From assembly GCF_035594765.1 (NCBI RefSeq), contig NC_085841.1:155605574-155669573 (forward strand): 64,000 bases of DNA, in the 5' to 3' direction. The DNA comes from Anolis carolinensis. Lineage: Eukaryota. Every line of letters starts with the position of its first letter. Position 1 is the stretch's first letter. Both the position numbers and the translations under genes were made by a program. This document shows positions 59,434 to 64,000 of the stretch, piece by piece. Under the pieces are notes generated by a model that saw only the letters and a program-made list of their open reading frames with translations, searched no databases and was not told where the DNA came from.

Positions 59434-61288
59434 TGTGCTTTAGCTTCATGAACAAGGAATTTATTCACCTGGGCAAAGGAAAGACTATTTTAGATCTCTC
59501 ATAAAAGGACATTATGTGAGTTGGTGCAACTGAGTCCATTGTACATATGTTGTTCTGGGTTTAAGAAGAATAAACCACTTGTTCTTTATTGTTCACCTGC
59601 GTAGCACATATCTTTCTCTGGCAAGTCAGTTTCAAACTGTTTTTGAAGAAAGTGGTTTTGCTATGCAGAACCAAATGCTGGAACCAGTTTGAGGCCCAGG
59701 TAGTGATTACACAAACCTTAAGACTACTGATTCGCACCCTTTCATGGGAGTTTGTTGTCTAGCCATTGCAGTTTGCATCCAGCTTTGAATGGCATTAAAT
59801 GTTCAGTATAGATGGGGCCCTCATCTTCTTCCAAAATAGGGAGAGGATTCTTGGCTGCCTTGCAGATTGCTTTAAAAAATGGCCCTAAAAGGCTGGAAAT
59901 TTCAATTACTTTTAATGTAATGATGATGGTTTCTACATTTTCTGTAACATTTTAACTCTTAAGCATTTGAAATGAATTTCCCCCAAATAGTAGCAGTAGT
60001 AGTAGTAGTAATAGTAATAATTTTATTTCTTACCCGCCTCTCCTCATGGCTTGAGGTGGGTTACAGCATAATTAAAACACATAAATATTGTAAAAATTCT
60101 ACCAATGCACATATTAAAATGTATTTTAATAAAATACATATTAAAATACACAGAACAGAGATTAAACACAAGACACGAGTTTAAAATTCATGCTTATAAC
60201 TGGCTGGGTATGCTTGCAAGAAGAGATAGGTTTTTAGTTGGTTTTTAAATTTCGACACTTTATTTAGCTATTGGAGCTCTTCAGGTAGGTTGTTCCATAG
60301 TCTTGGGGTGGCCAATGAAAAGGTCTTCTGGGTGACGGTCACCAGTCTGGTTTGTCAGGCTGGAACAACAAATGCCCCTCAGAGGACCTCAGTGTTAGGG
60401 GCGGACTGTACAGAAGAAGACAAACCTGCAAATAACCTGAACCCAAACCATGTAGGACTTTAAAGGTCAAAACCATCACCTTGTACCCTTAGAACAGGAT
60501 ATTTTACATTGCCATCTCGCCTAACTGTAATAGACATTATTCAAGACAATTCTAGATAATTTAATAATAAAAATATGAACAAGCATAAAATATAACTATT
60601 CCTTTTAATTTCATATTTTATTTTATTGTCTATGGTGCCTTCAATTTCTCACATAACCCTTAGTTATGTTTAATAGCCCAGATCTTGATCCTTTTCTTTC
60701 TAGCATAATTTTTTTTCTAAGCTGAAAGAACAAAGCTTTTAAACATGTAGGTTTTATAAAATGTTTTTTGAGCTGAAATGGTTTGATTGTTTTCAACCCA
60801 AATTGAATTTCACATATTTTTTCATTTCTCTTGTGTTTTTGTTTTGCTTTTTACATAATTGTTATGCCATTTTTACAATAAGCATCTGGGATCTCGATCT
60901 TGTACCATTTTATAACTTTCTAGTGATCACTAATGAGCCCTTCTTTACTTCATTTCCTCAGTCTGCAGTGATAAAATATAGATATTTAGTACAAGAATCT
61001 GTATTTGAATATTGTTTACCTAGCATAATTTGAAATGAGGTATGTGACGGAGAATGGTAAGGAATCAGTAAATAATCTCTTCTACTCAAAAATCAGGATG
61101 ATGAGATTTTAATTTTATTTTCTTTGTGTGATCGGCTATATTTCGCTTTTCATGGTACACTTCAATGTTTTCACACCTCCTCATCGGCTTTTTAAAGAGA
61201 TGGGATCAGGAAGCAAGTGAAACTGCTAAAAAATGGGCTGCGCAATGTAAAGGAAGAATAAGTCCACCAGAAGAGCGAGTTGTGGATG
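55903..61288 (+). CDS. CRISP: CRISP paralogue C, 5' part: join(55903..55962,57302..57415,61198..61288); continues right of the window
   Basis: MLFQIKLLVLAVVFQQYLEQGKSVFVANISKKRQKDIIDAHNAVRAGVNPTARNMMKMRWDQEASETAKKWAAQCKGRISPPEERVVD; coding exon sizes 60/114/91 identical to gene B. Confidence 0.93.
56798..57086. mobile_element. Non-autonomous hAT element
   Basis: TIRs cagatctttccaa and ttggaaagatctg; flanks ctataaca and ctgtaaca (7/8 match). Confidence 0.8.
57302..57415 (+). CDS. CRISP: CRISP-C exon (CAP N-terminus)
   Basis: ttgcag|GGT...ATG|gtaaga; 114 nt; IIDAHNAVRAGVNPTARNMMKM. Confidence 0.92.
58080..58213. mobile_element. hAT MITE (CAGTGGTTCTCAAC family)
   Basis: TSD agctaagg at 58072-58079 and 58214-58221. 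Confidence 0.92.
58295..59005 (-). mobile_element. L2 3' fragment with a tandemly duplicated terminus
   Basis: (TAAA)n tail on the minus strand; the block tttatttataccccacctttctccgtgaaggg... occurs at about 58318 and 58441. Confidence 0.75.
59395..59430 (+). repeat. (GA)n microsatellite
   Basis: Perfect run. Confidence 0.95.
60010..60490 (-). mobile_element. L2 3' fragment
   Basis: tttcttacccgcctctcctcatggcttgaggtgggttacag terminus and L2-type 3' coding remnant. Confidence 0.65.
61198..61288 (+). CDS. CRISP: CRISP-C exon
   Basis: tttaaag|AGA TGG...GAT G|gtgagt; 91 nt; RWDQEASETAKKWAAQCKGRISPPEERVVD. Confidence 0.93.
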
Positions 61289-61721
61289 GTGAGTTAAATG
61301 ATATGATCAAGGACATTTCACATGTTATACAGGGGGGATGGATTTGCCAAATGCTAGGCGTTGCTGGGCAATATGCTTTCACCGGGATTCCCCACCTTCA
61401 GTGCTCCTACCTCTCCTCTTCTTTTTCCTTGTCTCTTGTTGGCGCTGCCCCTGGATGCAACTAGTACCATTTTCCATAGAAAGATAACAAGACGCCTTCA
61501 GGTTATCACTCCTTCTCCTTCTCTAAGAACCAAACTATATGCAATATTTATTGCAGTCCGTAATGTTGTTTTCTATATTTTGTTCATTAAAATATTTATA
61601 TTGTGGCCTATAACACAGACTAGACAGCACAACAAAGATGACAAACAATTGAAATGGGTTGAGAAAGCTAAAGACGGTCTAGAACACTGTACACTTTGTA
61701 AATTGCATCAAGCCATTACAG

Positions 61722-62066
61722 CAGAGGTCCTCAAACTTTTTAAGCCGAGGGCCAGTTCACGGTCCCTCAGACTGTTGGGGGGCGGACTATAGTTTTTTAA
61801 AAAAAATTAACCAATTTCTATGCACACTTCACATATCTTATTTGGAAGAAAAATATAACATTTAAAATGAAGAACAATTTTAACCAACATAAACTTACCA
61901 GTATTTCAATTGGATGTATAGGCCTGCTTTGGGCTAATGAGAGAGTCATATTAATTAGGATTGTTGCTGTGTGCCTTCAAGCTGTTTCAGACTTAGTGTG
62001 ACCTTAAATCTCAAGTTTAGGGTGGGGGCTGCATATGACCCGTGGGTCTTAGTTTGGGGACCCCTG
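61722..62066. mobile_element. Non-autonomous hAT element
   Basis: Ends cagaggtcctcaaact and agtttggggacccctg; flanks cattacag and ctttacag; related to 45509-46228. Confidence 0.82.
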
Positions 62067-62221
62067 CTTTACAGCCTATACAGGACCTGATACCTAGGCT
62101 TTATTGAAGATGATGATGATTCCATATTTGTCTCAAAACCAAGACCCAAGTCAGCTTACAATTTAAAAAAGAGCAATACAGCTGAAACATCTAGAAATAA
62201 GCATTAAAATAGTAATAATAA

Positions 62222-62705
62222 TATTTATTTATCTTGTCAGAAGCAAACCAAAGGTACAAGTTGTAATGTATTTGAGAACACAAACAAAGTTTTAAAAACT
62301 TGGCATTATACTAAATGTCTTTTGACCAGTAGCTGGCCACTTGGAGTGCCTCTGGTGTGGCTATAAGAAGGTCCTCCATTGTGCATGTGGCAGGGCTCAG
62401 ACTGCATTATAATTGGCGGTCTGTGGTTTGCTCTTCTCCACACTCACATGTAATTGACTCTACTTTGTGGCCCCATTTTTTAAGATTGGCTCTGTGTCTT
62501 GTGGTGCCAGAGCGCAGTCTGTTCAGCTCCTTCCAACTCGCCCAGTCTTCTGTGTGTCCAGGAGGTAGCCACTCATTTGGCATCAGCCACTGATTGAGGT
62601 TCTGGGTTTTAGCATGCCACTTTTGGACTCTCGCTTGCTGAGGTGTTCCTGCGAGTACCTCTGTACATCTTAGAAAACTATTTCTTGATTTAAGGTGTTG
62701 ACATC
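62222..62705 (-). mobile_element. Vingi-like LINE 3' fragment
   Basis: Minus-strand C-terminal remnant (CGEEQTTD-like) followed by a short 3' UTR and (TAAA)n tail; family named from recalled consensus. Confidence 0.7.
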
Positions 62706-62734
62706 CTGTATAATATACTATATAATAATGTATA

Positions 62735-63721
62735 TTATTATTATTTTATTGTATGACACAGCAAACAAGATAGACATGCTGGATTTCGTATCACAAAATC
62801 ACAAGTCGAACACTTCCCAAGTGTCTAGGACTGTGTGATGTATTTTCGGATGATGTGTGCAGATCCCAGCAGGGTGGCCTTTTGCAATTGGCAGATCGTG
62901 ATTTTGTCAATGTCTATTGTTTCCAAATGCCGGCTGAGATCTTTTGGCACGGCACCCAGTGTGCCCATCACCTGCACTGGTTTCTGCCAGAGTCTTTCCA
63001 ATTCAATCTTGAGGTCCTGATAGCGGCTGAGTTTTTCCTGTTGTTTTTCGTCAATGCGACTGTCACCTGGGATGGCGACATCAATGATCCAAACCTTTTT
63101 CTTTTCCACAACTGTGATGTCTGGTGTGTTGTGTTCCAGAACTTTGTCAGTCTGGATTCAGAAGTCCCACAGTATCTTTGTGTGCTCATTCTCCAATACT
63201 TTTGCAGGTTTGTGATCCCACCAGTTCTTTGCTGCTGGGAGGTGGTATTTGAGGCATAAGTTCCAATGAATCATTTGGGCCACATAGTTGTGCCTCTGTT
63301 TGTAGTCTGTCTGTGCAATTTTCTTACAGCAGCTGAGGATATGATCCATGGTTTCGTCGGTTTCCTTGCACAGTCTGCATTTTGGGTCATCAGCAGATTT
63401 TTCGATCTTGGCCTTAATTGCATTTGTTCTGATGGCTTGCTCCTGGGCTGCAAGGATCAGGCCTTCTGTCTCCTTCTTCAGGGTCCCATTCGTGAGCCAT
63501 AGCCAGGTCTTCTCCTTATCAGCTTTTCCTTCAATTTTGTCAAGGAACTTTCCATGCAATGTTTTGTTGTGCCAGCTGTCAGCTCTAGTTTGTAGTGTGG
63601 TTTTCTTGTACTGGTTTTTTGTCTGCTGTGCTTTGAGGAGTTTCTGATTTTTGACTTCAATCAAAGCAGGTTCTTCACTTTGCTTTACATATTCTGCCAG
63701 GGCATGTTCTTCTTCTTTGAC
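62735..63721 (-). mobile_element. R4/Dong-clade non-LTR retrotransposon, 5'-truncated (zinc knuckle and restriction-like endonuclease)
   Basis: One frame with a single internal TGA (63158-63160): CRLCKETDETMDHILSCC, then TPD...IIDVAIP...EKLSRY; flanked by TAA repeats. Confidence 0.92.

Positions 63722-63784
<63 letters not shown>
63722..63784 (+). repeat. (TTA)n microsatellite
   Basis: About 21 perfect units abutting the R4 5' end. Confidence 0.95.
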
Positions 63785-63786
<2 letters not shown>

Positions 63787-64000
63787 TAATCTGCACCTCT
63801 CTTCCTGAAGAGACTCAGGGTGGCAACCAAATATAACATGAAAACATGGCAAACATTCAATGCCATAAAAATAAAAACATTTACACGTAAAGAGAACGAT
63901 TTTGGCTTAAATTATTCATAGTTTTAAGAAATTTAAATCTACACTTAAAAATAAAATGCAATTAAAAAGATAAAAAGGCAGTTGAAAACAGTTTGGTTTA

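Larger units (their letters stand above)
57620..59625. repeat. Inverted pair of ~390-bp repeat copies (57620-58010 and 59232-59625)
   Basis: For example gcatcttattttgcagttgac versus gtcaactgcaaaataagatgc; collinear across the whole arm. Confidence 0.85.

Noticed and set aside
1-63721. R4 copies at both window ends as boundaries of a segmental or inverted duplication
   Set aside because: Similarity is confined to the element; flanks differ and the copies lie in non-equivalent introns

Overview
Vertebrate genomic DNA, most likely an Anolis-type lizard. The species call is an inference from the repeat content (Sauria SINEs, BovB, Vingi, R4/Dong, Penelope, Helitron, many hAT and Tc1/Mariner MITEs). 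The window holds a cluster of three cysteine-rich secretory protein (CRISP, CAP superfamily) paralogues that the ORF track largely misses because the exons are short. Gene A (+) shows its last three coding exons, 2181-4945. Gene B (-) is complete: seven coding exons, 39978-19785, 735 nt, 244 aa, signal peptide, all 16 CRISP cysteines. Gene C (+) shows its first three coding exons, 55903-61288, and runs off the right edge. The order is A> <B C>. Main points: (1) gene B has an intact frame but lacks both cleft histidines and one cleft glutamate of the CAP metal-binding tetrad, and gene C lacks the first histidine; (2) B and C share a recognisably homologous core promoter ((TG)n, GGAA, TATA, short non-coding exon 1); (3) a Penelope inverted repeat in a gene B intron carries two back-to-back minimal hammerhead ribozymes; (4) a gene C exon starts with a perfect 5' splice site one base after its acceptor; (5) an R4/Dong retrotransposon sits in a (TAA)n target. 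The rest is mostly nested transposon debris, with a 144-N gap at 54090-54233. All calls are by eye; no database search was run.
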